Notes: a model not told the origin generated them from the letters alone. Positions 39,398-48,645 are shown, counted from the stretch's first letter. The stretch is 64,000 nt of DNA from Candidatus Multivorans sp. (GCA_965224025.1 OZ245033.1:320001-384000); one strand, 5' to 3'. Program-made: numbers and translations.

Positions 39398-40780
39398 TTG
39401 GCTGGAATCGTCACCTACGGCTCCTACGTGCCGTACAACCGGCTGGACCGCTCCGCGCTCGGCGGCCGCGGCGAACGGGCCGCGGCGAGCTACGACGAGA
39501 ACTCGGTGTCGATGGCCGTCGAAGCGGCGCGCGAAGCTCTGCGCGGCGACGCCCGAATCGACACGCTGTGCTTCGCGACGACCACCCCGGGCTACGCCGA
39601 GAAGCTCGACGCGGCCACGATCCACGCGGCGCTCGATATACCGGCCAACGTCGGAAGCCACGACCTCGGCGGGTCGGGTCGGGCAGGCCTCTCTTCCCTG
39701 GCGCTGGGAAACGACCTGGCGCTGGCCGGACGCCGGCCCCTCGTGTGCCTGAGCGAAGTGATGGTCGGCGCCCCCGGCGGCGCGCGCGAAGCGACTGCCG
39801 GCGACGGGGCCGCGGCCTTCACCTTCGGTCCCAGCTCCGAAGCTTGCGCCGAAGTCCTGGGCCGCGGCTCGACGACCGACGAGTTCATGGACGTCTGGCG
39901 TGCGCCGAACGAGCCCTTCGCCAATCAATGGGAAGAGCGTTTCGGGACCCGGATCATCGTTCCGCTCATGCTCGGCGCGCTTGAAGAGGCCCTCACTGGC
40001 GCCGGCGTCACCGCCGAGAGCCTGACCAGGGTCATCGTGGACAGCACGAACCCGCGCGCGGTTCGGAGCTTCGCCGCCCGAGCCGCTATTCCCGCCGACC
40101 GCTTCGCCGACGATCTTGCGGCCTCCGTCGGGCGAACCGGCACGGCGCACGCGGGCCTCGCCCTGGCGAACGCTCTCGACCAGGCCGCTCCCGGCGACCG
40201 GATCGCGGTCATCACCGGCATCGACGGCGCCGACGCGGTCATCTTCGAGGTGACCGACGCGATCGCGGCCAACCGCCCCGAGCGCAGCGTCGAACGCTGG
40301 GTCGAAGCCAAGCGCAATGATCTGGAATACAACACCTACCTCAAGTGGCGCGGCGTGCTCCCCTTCGAGAAGCCCCGGCGGCCGGACCCCAAGCGCCCGG
40401 CCGCGCCGCCCTCGTATCGGGCCGAGCGCTGGAAGTTCGCCTTCGTCGGATCGCGCTGCACGAACTGCGGCACGGCGAACCTGCCACCCCAGAGAGTGTG
40501 CGTCGAATGCGACTCGATCGACGAGACCGAGCCCGAGTCCTTCGCCGACAGCGCGGCACGGGTCGCCACCTACACACAGGACAATCTCGCCTACTCCCTG
40601 CAGCCGCCGGTGGTCGTCGCCATGCTCGACTTCGATCGAGGCGGCAGGCTACCCTGCCAACTCACTGACATCGACCCGCACAACGTACGGATCGGAGACC
40701 GGGTCGAGATGACGTTTCGCTGCCTGCACACCGCCGAGGGCATCCACAACTACTTCTGGAAAGCGAGACCGCGGCGGTGA
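39398..40780 (+). CDS. KAS-III/HMG-CoA-synthase-like domain fused to Zn-ribbon/OB-fold (DUF35)
   Basis: GIVTYGSYVP, DENSVSMAVEA, GDGAAAF, GRTGTAH; C-terminal CTNC…PPQRVCVEC…YFWKARP. TTG start after GGAGGA. Confidence 0.85.
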   Translation: MAGIVTYGSYVPYNRLDRSALGGRGERAAASYDENSVSMAVEAAREALRGDARIDTLCFATTTPGYAEKLDAATIHAALDIPANVGSHDLGGSGRAGLSSLALGNDLALAGRRPLVCLSEVMVGAPGGAREATAGDGAAAFTFGPSSEACAEVLGRGSTTDEFMDVWRAPNEPFANQWEERFGTRIIVPLMLGALEEALTGAGVTAESLTRVIVDSTNPRAVRSFAARAAIPADRFADDLAASVGRTGTAHAGLALANALDQAAPGDRIAVITGIDGADAVIFEVTDAIAANRPERSVERWVEAKRNDLEYNTYLKWRGVLPFEKPRRPDPKRPAAPPSYRAERWKFAFVGSRCTNCGTANLPPQRVCVECDSIDETEPESFADSAARVATYTQDNLAYSLQPPVVVAMLDFDRGGRLPCQLTDIDPHNVRIGDRVEMTFRCLHTAEGIHNYFWKARPRR

Positions 40781-40819
40781 AACCAGAAGGCCGGTCTCAG
40801 TGAAGAGAGGAAGGAACTC

Positions 40820-42001
40820 ATGCCTAGTCATGGAATCAAGGATCGGGTCGCCATCATTGGCATGGGATGCACCTCCTTCGGAGAGCATTGGGATCAGAGC
40901 ATCGGCGATCTTTCGCTGACAGCGTCGCAGGAAGCGGTCCGCTCGGCGGGGCTCGATCTCGCCGAGATCGACGCCTTCTGGCTCGGCAACGCCGGCACGC
41001 TCGCCTCCGGACTGCTCATCGCCGAGCCGCTCAAGATCCGCTACAAGCCTGTCACCCACGTCGAGAACTTCTGCGCCACCGGCAGCGAAGCGCTGCGCAA
41101 CGCCGCCTACGCGGTCGCCAGCGGCGCCTACGACATCGTCATGGCCCTCGGCGTCGAGAAGCTGAAGGACTCGGGTTACTCAGGACTGTTCGACCTGAAT
41201 CCGACGACCGACGGCACGGAACTCGAGATGACGCCGCCGGCGGCGTTCTCCATGATCGTGCCCGCCTACGCGGAGAAGTACGGCGTCGGCGAAGACACGC
41301 TGAAGGACGTGATGTCCCGAATCGCGCACAAGAATCACGCCAACGGGGCCAAGAACCCCAAGGCCCAGTTCCAGCGTGAGGTGCCGCTGGAGCGGATCAA
41401 ATCCGCTCCCCCCATCGCCGGCAAGCTCGGACTCTTCGACTGCTCGGGAGTGAGCGACGGCGCCGCTGCCGCGATCCTGTGCAGAGCGGAGGACGCCCAC
41501 CGCTACTGCGACGATCCGGTCATCCTCAAGGGAGTCGGATTCGTCGTCGGGCCGGCGGAAGGGGTCAAGAAACCGGACTACGACTTCACCACCTTCCCCG
41601 AAGTCGTGGCGAGCGCCGAGGACGCCTACCGGCAGGCCGGCATCACGGACCCGCGCGAAGAGATCAGCGTAGCGGAGGTGCATGACTGCTTTACACCGAC
41701 CGAGCTGGTGCTGATGGAGGATCTTGGATTCTCCGAACGCGGAAAGGCCTGGCAGGACTGCCTGGACGGCCGCTTCCAGCTCGACGGCCGCCAGCCGGTC
41801 AACCCCGACGGCGGCCTCAAGAGCTTCGGCCATCCCATCGGCGCCAGCGGTCTGCGCATGATGTACGAGATCTGGCTGCAGCTACGCGGTGAGGCAGGTG
41901 TGCGCCAGATCGCCGATGCCCGGATTGGACTGACCCACAACCTCGGCGGCCTCCCCGGCAACTGCGTGAGCTGCGTCTCCGTGGTCGGAAAGGCGGCGTG
42001 A
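40820..42001 (+). CDS. Thiolase family protein (SCP-x/PhlC-like acetyl-CoA acetyltransferase)
   Basis: VENFCATGS, SDGAAA, EVHDCF, NPDGGL, GHPIGASG, HNLGG. Confidence 0.92.
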   Translation: MPSHGIKDRVAIIGMGCTSFGEHWDQSIGDLSLTASQEAVRSAGLDLAEIDAFWLGNAGTLASGLLIAEPLKIRYKPVTHVENFCATGSEALRNAAYAVASGAYDIVMALGVEKLKDSGYSGLFDLNPTTDGTELEMTPPAAFSMIVPAYAEKYGVGEDTLKDVMSRIAHKNHANGAKNPKAQFQREVPLERIKSAPPIAGKLGLFDCSGVSDGAAAAILCRAEDAHRYCDDPVILKGVGFVVGPAEGVKKPDYDFTTFPEVVASAEDAYRQAGITDPREEISVAEVHDCFTPTELVLMEDLGFSERGKAWQDCLDGRFQLDGRQPVNPDGGLKSFGHPIGASGLRMMYEIWLQLRGEAGVRQIADARIGLTHNLGGLPGNCVSCVSVVGKAA

Positions 42002-42034
42002 AGCGATCGGCGTCCACTGTGCTGGAGCCTGCAC

Positions 42035-42043
42035 TGCTATAGT
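42035..42043 (+). promoter_or_regulatory. Candidate extended -10 promoter for the selenoprotein gene
   Basis: TGcTATAGT 30 nt upstream of the ATG, followed by a GAGGAGG RBS. Confidence 0.4.
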
Positions 42044-42073
42044 GGATTCACGATATCTTGAGGAGGATCCGTC

Positions 42074-42757
42074 ATGAACCGCTGGATCAAGATCGCCGCT
42101 TGCGGTGTCGTCGTCGCCGGTGTCCTGGGATGGGGCGGTTTCAAGACCTACCGCTTCCTGCTGGAGAGCGGGCTCATCCGGTTCAACGAGTACGACATTC
42201 GGACCGAGGGCATCCTTCAGGTCGGCGAGCCTGCTCCGGACCTGCCGTTGACTCTGGTCGGCGGCGGCGACGCGCGTCTCTCGGACCTGTGGGCCACCAA
42301 GCCTCTGGTCCTGGTCTTCGGCAGCTACACGTGACCGCCCTTCCGAGCCCGTGTGGCTCGGCTCGAGGAGATGAGGGAAGAGTGGAGTCCGGCCATCGAA
42401 TTCAGCTACGTCTACATCAAGGAGGCCCACCCGGAGGACGAGTGGCAGGCGCCCAGGAACGAAGCGACGAACCTGATCTTCAATCAGCCAAAGACGATGG
42501 TTGACCGCATGGATCTCGCCAGAGAGTTCGTCGAAGCGATGGATGTCAAGACACGGACCCTGGTGGACGACATCGCCAACACGGCCAACGCCTGCTATGC
42601 CGGCTGGCCCGAGCGCATCTACGTGATCGACAAGGGCGGCACGATCGCCTACAAGGGCGGCATGGGGCCCTTCAACTTCGATACGGACGAGCTCGAGGAG
42701 TTCCTCGCGGACAACTACGTCGGGCTGCGCACCGCGAGCGAAGCCACAGCCGGCTAG
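42074..42757 (+). CDS. Iodothyronine deiodinase-like selenoprotein (thioredoxin fold; TGA 42332-42334 read as Sec)
   Basis: The two track ORFs share one frame and join as PLVLVFGSYT-U-PPF…YIKEAHPEDEW…YAGWPERIYVI…YKGGMGPF, matching deiodinase motifs. N-terminal hydrophobic anchor. 227 aa. Confidence 0.9.
42332..42361 (+). promoter_or_regulatory. Sec codon with candidate bacterial SECIS hairpin
   Basis: TGA, 8 nt, CCGAGCC-CGTGT-GGCTCGG: perfect 7-bp stem with GU in the loop. Confidence 0.7.
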
Positions 42758-42873
42758 CCATAGAGGCGTTTCGCGCGCTAGGAGTGTCCGCAGCGTTGTC
42801 GCTGCGCTGTCGCGCAGGGAACAGGCAGCGAGTAGCCAACGTTACAGCGGCGTCGTGGGTTCGTAGAGTTGGC

Positions 42874-43029
42874 CGCGCTGGGCAGCGAGGCCGCGCAGGC
42901 ACTGGTGTGTTGGCGCCCGACTAGGAGTTTGGCCCGGACCGTGATCGGCGCTCTGACGCTGGCGGCGCGGCTTGTGTCGCGACCCCGTATGCAAGATTGA
43001 GCTTTTCGCCGCGGTCTCTGCCCAGCGCG
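42874..43029 (+). ncRNA. Putative bridge RNA in the IS110 left end (bounds approximate)
   Basis: 12-bp perfect closing stem (42874-42885/43018-43029) with nested stems. CTAGGAG (42921-42927) equals the target left flank; ATGCAAG (42989-42995) equals the IS right end. Confidence 0.65.
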
Positions 43030-43062
43030 ACGATTGGATTCCACATCTACGGGAGGCAGGGG

Positions 43063-44382
43063 ATGGCAAAGCGGAAGGCGGAGCGTCTGGAAGTCGTTCA
43101 CCCGGATTGCGCCGGTGTGGACGTAGGCAAGCGCAAGCACTACGTGGCGGTGGCCCCGTCGCGTTTCGAGCGGCCGGTGCGCAATTTCTCGTCGTTCACG
43201 GAGGACCTCGAGGCGATGGCCTCGTGGCTTCAGGAGTGCGGCGTGCGTGAGGTGGCGCTGGAGTCGACGGGGGTGTACTGGATTCCGGTGTTCGAGGTGC
43301 TGGACCGGGCGGGGTTCGAGGTGCATCTGGTGAATCCTCGGGCGACCAAGCAGGTGAGTGGCCGCAAGAGTGACGTTCTGGACTGCCAGTGGATCCGGCA
43401 GTTGATGAGCTACGGGCTCCTGCGCGGTGCGTTTCGCGCGCCGGACGAGTTGTGTCCGCTGCGTTCGTACACGCGGCAGCGCGCCCAGTTGGTCCGCGAC
43501 CGCAGCCGCGCGGTGCAGCACATCCAGAAGGCTCTGGTGCAGATGAACGTGCAGTTGGACAACGTGCTGAGCGACATCATGGGCAAGACCGGCCAGTTGA
43601 TCGTGCGCGCGATCGTCGCCGGCGAGCGCGACGGCGCGGCGCTGGCCCGTCACCGGGACGGTCGCTGCAAGGCTGGTCCGGCTGTGATCGCGGCGAGTTT
43701 GCAAGGCAACTGGCGAGACGAGCACCTGTTCGCTCTGGGCCAGGCGCTGGCCCGCTACGACATGCTGCAAGGCCAGATCGAGATGTGCGAGAAGCGCATC
43801 GACGCCGAGCTCGACGGCCTGGCCCAAGACGGCGTCGAGGACGCGCCGCCGCCCGGTTCGAAGGCGCGCGAGCGCGCCCTGCGGAAGCGGCTGCATCGCA
43901 TGCTCGGCGTGGACCTGGTCGCCATTCCGACGGTCGGCGTCGAAACCGCGCTGACCTTCGCCGCTGAGATCGGCCCGGACCTGTCCCGGTTTCCCTCGCA
44001 GGGCAACTTCTGCTCGTGGCTGTGTCTGGCTCCACCGACCAACATCAGCGGCGACAAACGGCTGAACGGCCCTCCCGTGAAGCAGACCAACCGGGTCGGC
44101 CAGACGCTGCGCCAAGCCGCCACCACAGCCCGCAACAGCAAGACCGCCATCGGAGCCTCTCACCGCCGGCGTCTCCAGCACATGGAGAAGGCGAAGGCCA
44201 TCAAGGCCACCGCTCATCAACTCGGCCGACTGATCTACGCCATGCTGACCCACGGCGAAGAGTACGTCGAGCGCGACCTCGCCGAAATGGAGGCCGTCCG
44301 ACGCGAACGACAAATCAGAAACCTGCAGCGTCAGGCCCGCCGCCTGAATCTGGCTCTCGTGCCGACCGAACATGCCGCCTGA
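43063..44382 (+). CDS. IS110 family DEDD recombinase/transposase
   Basis: GVDVGK, LESTGVYW, RKSDVLD (D-E-D-D); Tnp domain with IPTVG…EIG…F…LAPPTNISG. ATG after GGGAGG. Confidence 0.95.
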   Translation: MAKRKAERLEVVHPDCAGVDVGKRKHYVAVAPSRFERPVRNFSSFTEDLEAMASWLQECGVREVALESTGVYWIPVFEVLDRAGFEVHLVNPRATKQVSGRKSDVLDCQWIRQLMSYGLLRGAFRAPDELCPLRSYTRQRAQLVRDRSRAVQHIQKALVQMNVQLDNVLSDIMGKTGQLIVRAIVAGERDGAALARHRDGRCKAGPAVIAASLQGNWRDEHLFALGQALARYDMLQGQIEMCEKRIDAELDGLAQDGVEDAPPPGSKARERALRKRLHRMLGVDLVAIPTVGVETALTFAAEIGPDLSRFPSQGNFCSWLCLAPPTNISGDKRLNGPPVKQTNRVGQTLRQAATTARNSKTAIGASHRRRLQHMEKAKAIKATAHQLGRLIYAMLTHGEEYVERDLAEMEAVRRERQIRNLQRQARRLNLALVPTEHAA

Positions 44383-44436
44383 ATCGCGCAACCTGCGCTG
44401 CCAACAAGGAACCCCTACCCGTTTGTTCCATGCAAG

Positions 44437-44528
44437 CCTGCGCGGCAAAACGATCTGACTTGGGAACGCGGGCGTCTCGCCCGCATCCGGCGCCAAGCGC
44501 CGGCCTCCCGGGAGTTCTGTCGCCCTAG
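44437..44528 (+). repeat. REP-like composite repeat, right part of the IS110 target
   Basis: CTGCGCGGCA…TGGGAACGCGGGCGTCTCGCCCGCATCCGGCGCCAAGCGCCGG…GTTCTGTCGCCCTAG aligns with the reverse complement of 5868-5950. Confidence 0.8.
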
Positions 44529-45331
44529 CCGGATTGGCCGGCCGGGTTGTTGACCCGATAGGTCAGGCGCGCCGCCGCGCGCCGCGTCAGGATGCGCATC
44601 AGGAAGATGACGGCGCGGTTGCGCCAGCCCGGTACGACCGAGGGGGCGCGACCGAGCCCTCGCAGGCTGGCGTCCACCACCTGCTCGGGGCTCGTCCAAC
44701 CGGTCATCGGCTCGGGCGCCCCCATGCCGGCCTTCTTCTGGTACTCGGTCGGCGTGAATCCCGGCGACAGCACGATGACGTCGATTCCGTGCTCCGAGAG
44801 CTCCGCCCAGAGCGCTTCGCCGAACATCAGGTTGAACGCCTTCGACGCGCCGTAGACGGCCTCGAACGCCACCGGCTGGTAGGCCGCCGTGCTCGACAGG
44901 AAGATCAGCGCGCCGCGACCGCGCTCGACGAGCCGCGGAGCGAGAATCGTCGCCAGCCCGACGGCCGCCCGGTTGTTGACCTCGACGATCTGAAGTTGAA
45001 GCTCGGGATCCTGCTCGACAAAGGGCCCGTAGGTGCCGAAGCCGGCGTTCGACACCAGCATGCCGACCTCGATCCCGAGATCGTCGACGGCCTTGAAGAC
45101 GAGCCGCGGGCCGTCGCGCTCCCCAAGGTCCTGGGGAACGACATGGACCGTCACACCCGAGGCCGAGCGCAATTCCCGCGCCAACTTCTCGAGCCGGTCG
45201 GTGCGCCGTGCGACAAGCACCAGTTCCATGCCCTCATCGGCAAGCCGCCGCGCGTAGGCCTCCCCGATACCGCTGGAGGCGCCCGTAATCAGGGCGGCGC
45301 CGCCGTAGCGTTGCGGGATTCGCGGGCTCAT
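44525..45331 (-). CDS. SDR family oxidoreductase
   Basis: TGASSGIG, LVARR, NAGFG, YGASKA. Confidence 0.92.
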   Translation of the reverse strand: MSPRIPQRYGGAALITGASSGIGEAYARRLADEGMELVLVARRTDRLEKLARELRSASGVTVHVVPQDLGERDGPRLVFKAVDDLGIEVGMLVSNAGFGTYGPFVEQDPELQLQIVEVNNRAAVGLATILAPRLVERGRGALIFLSSTAAYQPVAFEAVYGASKAFNLMFGEALWAELSEHGIDVIVLSPGFTPTEYQKKAGMGAPEPMTGWTSPEQVVDASLRGLGRAPSVVPGWRNRAVIFLMRILTRRAAARLTYRVNNPAGQSG

Positions 45332-45409
45332 CGCGTCCGGACGTTCCTCGCAGCGCCGCGCGCGACGCCTGCGGGTCGTGGTCCTACTCGTAGCGTAGCT
45401 GCTAGCGGG

Positions 45410-47146
45410 CTACGCAACCGCGCCGGGCGTCGCGACCCGGGGATCGTTTACGCCCATGCGATCCACCAACTCCTGAAAGCGTGGTTCGCCGTGCAGGCAG
45501 TCGAAGGCTGGATGCACCTTGGTCCAGAGAACAGGCCCGAACTTCGCCCTCACAGCATTTTCCAACCAGACCAGAGCCGTTTCCTTTTCGTCGAGCCAGG
45601 CGTAGAGGATCGCCAGGGAGGCAGAGCGGCTATCCCCATTGTTCACCCGCTTCAAGAGCTGATCCACCATCCAGCGAAACGCTCCCGGTTCGCCTCCCTT
45701 CGCGTAGGCGCTCCCGAGCGCCTCCGCTTCCTCCTCGCGGTCAGTGTTCCGCAGTTGCACCTGACGTTCATGGATCGCCTCGTCCGTGCGGCCCATGGCG
45801 CTGTAGCAAGCCGCCAGCAGCGAGCGCACTATCGGATAGTCCTCTTCCAGCGCGAGCATGTGACGAGCCTGCACCGCCGCCTCTTCGTAACGTCGCGTGT
45901 AGTAGAGGATCTGAGACAACCCCTGGCCAAACGTCGGCGACAGGGGATCCAGCTCCAGCGCAGTCCTGATTTCCCGTTCCGCTTCCTCGACACGGCCAAC
46001 CGGCGACAGAAAGTGGTTTCCGTAGGAGTAGTGGGCAGTCGAATTGCCAGAATCGAGCTGCAGAGCCCGCAGGAAGGCCCGTTGCGCCGTTGACCACTCC
46101 CACCGGAACGTGCTCACAAGACCCAAGGCCCGGTACGCGAGCACACTCGAGTCGTTGAGTTCCAGCGCCCGGTGGACCGCTTCCTCCGCCTTGGCCACCA
46201 TCTCGTTCACGGGCACGAAGCCATAGGCCAGGAGATTCGCGTAGCACGCCCCGAGCAGTGCGTGGCCGCGCGCGAAGTCCGGTTGCAACTCGAGCGCCCG
46301 ATTCAAGAGGCTGATCGCCTGTCGTAGGCGGCCCTCCGTCTGGTAGGGAATGCAGTACCGCGCCTCCAGGTAGAGGCGATAGACCTCCTGGTTGTCCGTA
46401 TGACGCGCCACCACCGGACCCGGGTGCGGATCCAACAGCTTCGTGCACACGTGATCCACGATCGCGCGGGCGATCTCCTCCTGGATCTCGAAGACGTCTC
46501 CCAGTTCCCGATCGTAGTGCTCGGACCAGAGCTGCGTGCTATCCGACGTCCGTATCAGTTGCGCCGAGATCCGCAGCCGGTCGCCCGCCTTCCGCAAGCT
46601 ACCCTCAAGAATCGCCGATACACCCAGCTCTTGGCCAACCGCGGAAGCGCTGAGATCCCTCAGTCGGAGGTCAAAGGAAGATGTTCGGCCCACAACCCTC
46701 AGGCCCTCGACCGCGGCCAACGTGTCAATCAGCTCTTCCGCCACCCCGTCGCAGAAGAAGGCCCGGTCCGGGTCGGCGCTCATGTTGGCGAAGGGCCGGA
46801 CAGCGATCGACCCTTCAAGAGAGACCTCGACCGGAGCGGTGAACCGGTAGCCGCGACCCGGAACCGTAACGACGTACTGGGTCTCCTTGCTCTGCCCCAA
46901 GGTCTTCCGCAGCACGGAGAGGTTGTGCATGAGGTTGCTCTCGTCCACCGTCGTATCCGGCCACACCATCGCCATCAACTCCTCCTTGTGGAGGAGGCGG
47001 TTGTTGTTCTCGACTAGCGCCCGCAGAGTGTCGAAGATCTTCGGGCGCACCCCTATCAGGCGCCCGTCCCGGAGCAGCCGGCGCTGACCCACATCGAGCA
47101 GGTACGGGCCGAAGGCGTAAGAGCGGCGGTGAGGAAGCGAGGACAT
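45410..47146 (-). CDS. Winged-helix (CadC/ToxR-like) regulator with TolB-like and TPR domains
   Basis: FGPYLLD, EELMAMVWPDTTVDESNL…LRKTL, TVPGRGYRF, SIAVRPFANMS, TPR helices. ATG at 47146 chosen. Confidence 0.88.
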   Translation of the reverse strand: MSSLPHRRSYAFGPYLLDVGQRRLLRDGRLIGVRPKIFDTLRALVENNNRLLHKEELMAMVWPDTTVDESNLMHNLSVLRKTLGQSKETQYVVTVPGRGYRFTAPVEVSLEGSIAVRPFANMSADPDRAFFCDGVAEELIDTLAAVEGLRVVGRTSSFDLRLRDLSASAVGQELGVSAILEGSLRKAGDRLRISAQLIRTSDSTQLWSEHYDRELGDVFEIQEEIARAIVDHVCTKLLDPHPGPVVARHTDNQEVYRLYLEARYCIPYQTEGRLRQAISLLNRALELQPDFARGHALLGACYANLLAYGFVPVNEMVAKAEEAVHRALELNDSSVLAYRALGLVSTFRWEWSTAQRAFLRALQLDSGNSTAHYSYGNHFLSPVGRVEEAEREIRTALELDPLSPTFGQGLSQILYYTRRYEEAAVQARHMLALEEDYPIVRSLLAACYSAMGRTDEAIHERQVQLRNTDREEEAEALGSAYAKGGEPGAFRWMVDQLLKRVNNGDSRSASLAILYAWLDEKETALVWLENAVRAKFGPVLWTKVHPAFDCLHGEPRFQELVDRMGVNDPRVATPGAVA

Positions 47147-47334
47147 GCAACCGGTGATCCAGAGGCCGAATCCTAACGCTTCAAAGGAAATCTGGCGCTT
47201 CAGCGGCGCTGGGGAACCGAGAAGACGTACAGGTATCGCCCGCACCGGCCTTCCAAGTGACATCATCGACCATCGGACCTCGCCACCGAGATCTTCACGG
47301 GCTTCGTCGCAGCCAACACATCGGAGCATCCGCC

Positions 47335-48645
47335 ATGAGCCAGCACGACGCCGCCGGGCCTGGACGATCGAGCCGCCGAGACTTCCTCAGCCGCAGCACT
47401 GGTCTGGTCGCGGTCGCGGCATCCTCGGGGTTGGCCGGCCCGTCCACTCCGGCAGCGGGGGTCGCGCGTGCTCGCACAACACGGCAGGAAGACGCCGACC
47501 CAAGCCGGATCCAGATCAGCTCCGTCGACGCCTACCACATCCGCATCAACCAGCGCTCGGAAGGCCTGCTCGACCCGCCCGTCTTCTTCGGCGACGACGA
47601 CCCGCGGCGCTGGCGCTACGGCGGACCCTTCGAACAGCTCCCCTCGGCGATCATCGCGATCGTCAAGACGAACACCGGCGTCACGGGCTTCGGGATGGGG
47701 GCCGGGGGCAGCGCGGCGGTCGAGATCATCGACGGCCATCTGCGTCACCTTCTGGTCGGCGCCAATCCGCTCAACGTCGAGCAACTCTGGGACCAGATGT
47801 ACAGCTCGGCCCTGCTCTACGGCCGGCGCGGCCTCTTCGCAATGGCGCTCTCCGCCGTCGACAACGCCCTCTGGGACATCGCCGGCAAGCACGCGGGCAA
47901 GTCGGTTCATGCGTTGCTCGGCGGTCAACCCGACGATCGCGTCGCCGTCTACCAGACCGGCGGCGACATCGACGCGGGCAAGAGCCAGGGCATCCGCCAC
48001 TTCAAGCGCATCCTGCCGATCGGGCCGTACAGCACGAAGGCCGACACGGACCGCGGCATCGACGACGTGCTGGCCGCCCGCGAGGCGATGGGGCCGGAAG
48101 GCAATCTGATGACCGACTGCGTCTCGCGCAACGGCACGGTCGACTGGGCGGTCGGCATCGCGGAACGTCTGCGACCGGCGAACCTCTACTTCATGGAGGA
48201 GCTGCTCTCCCCGGACAACGTGTTCGGCTACGCCGAACTGGTCGAGAAGATCGGCGGCGGCGGTCCCGGCTGGACGAAGGTCGCCTGCGGCGAACACGAG
48301 TACACGGAGCACGGCTTCGAGGTCCTGGTGCGCGTCGGATCCGCCGAGGTGCTGCAACCGGACATCACCTGGTGCGGCGGCCTCACGGCGGCGAAACGCA
48401 TCGCCGACCTCGTGGAGGCCGCCGCCCTCGAGCTCATTCCCCATCGCGGCGGCAGCCTGTGGGGGTTGCCGATCTCGCTGACGGCCCCGAGCTGCACGAT
48501 GGCCGAGAGCTTCGCCACCGGCTCCGCCATCCTCGACGCGATGCAGGCGCCGTTCGCCGACGGCGATTTCCTGGCGCCCGAGGAACCGGGCTTCAGTACC
48601 GCGCTCACCGAGGAGATGGTCCTCGACCACCGGTTCCGGCGGTGA
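47335..48645 (+). CDS. Mandelate racemase/enolase superfamily acid-sugar dehydratase-like protein with Tat signal
   Basis: SRRDFL; SAVDNALWD; metal ligands in TDC, MEE, GEHE; QPD and IPH. ATG at 47335. Confidence 0.85.
   Translation: MSQHDAAGPGRSSRRDFLSRSTGLVAVAASSGLAGPSTPAAGVARARTTRQEDADPSRIQISSVDAYHIRINQRSEGLLDPPVFFGDDDPRRWRYGGPFEQLPSAIIAIVKTNTGVTGFGMGAGGSAAVEIIDGHLRHLLVGANPLNVEQLWDQMYSSALLYGRRGLFAMALSAVDNALWDIAGKHAGKSVHALLGGQPDDRVAVYQTGGDIDAGKSQGIRHFKRILPIGPYSTKADTDRGIDDVLAAREAMGPEGNLMTDCVSRNGTVDWAVGIAERLRPANLYFMEELLSPDNVFGYAELVEKIGGGGPGWTKVACGEHEYTEHGFEVLVRVGSAEVLQPDITWCGGLTAAKRIADLVEAAALELIPHRGGSLWGLPISLTAPSCTMAESFATGSAILDAMQAPFADGDFLAPEEPGFSTALTEEMVLDHRFRR

Larger units (their letters stand above)
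42785..44436 (+). mobile_element. IS110-family insertion sequence (1652 bp including one AG core)
   Basis: Removing it restores GCGCTAGGAG-CCTGCGCGGCA, which matches the empty repeat at 5961-5941 (GCGCTAGGAG-ACTGCGCGGCA). AG at both junctions; no long terminal inverted repeats. Confidence 0.8.

Noticed and set aside
42332-42334. Nonsense mutation or two-gene reading of the deiodinase-like locus
   Set aside because: The TGA falls exactly on the Sec position of the family and is followed by a SECIS-like hairpin.
42811-42823. Alternative IS110 left junction at CGCGCAG|GGAAC, which would place the IS in a palindrome
   Set aside because: The junction at 42784/42785 restores a sequence matching independent empty repeat copies (5961-5941, 1131-1148) and matches the CTAGGAG guide, so it is preferred. 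The alternative is not fully excluded.
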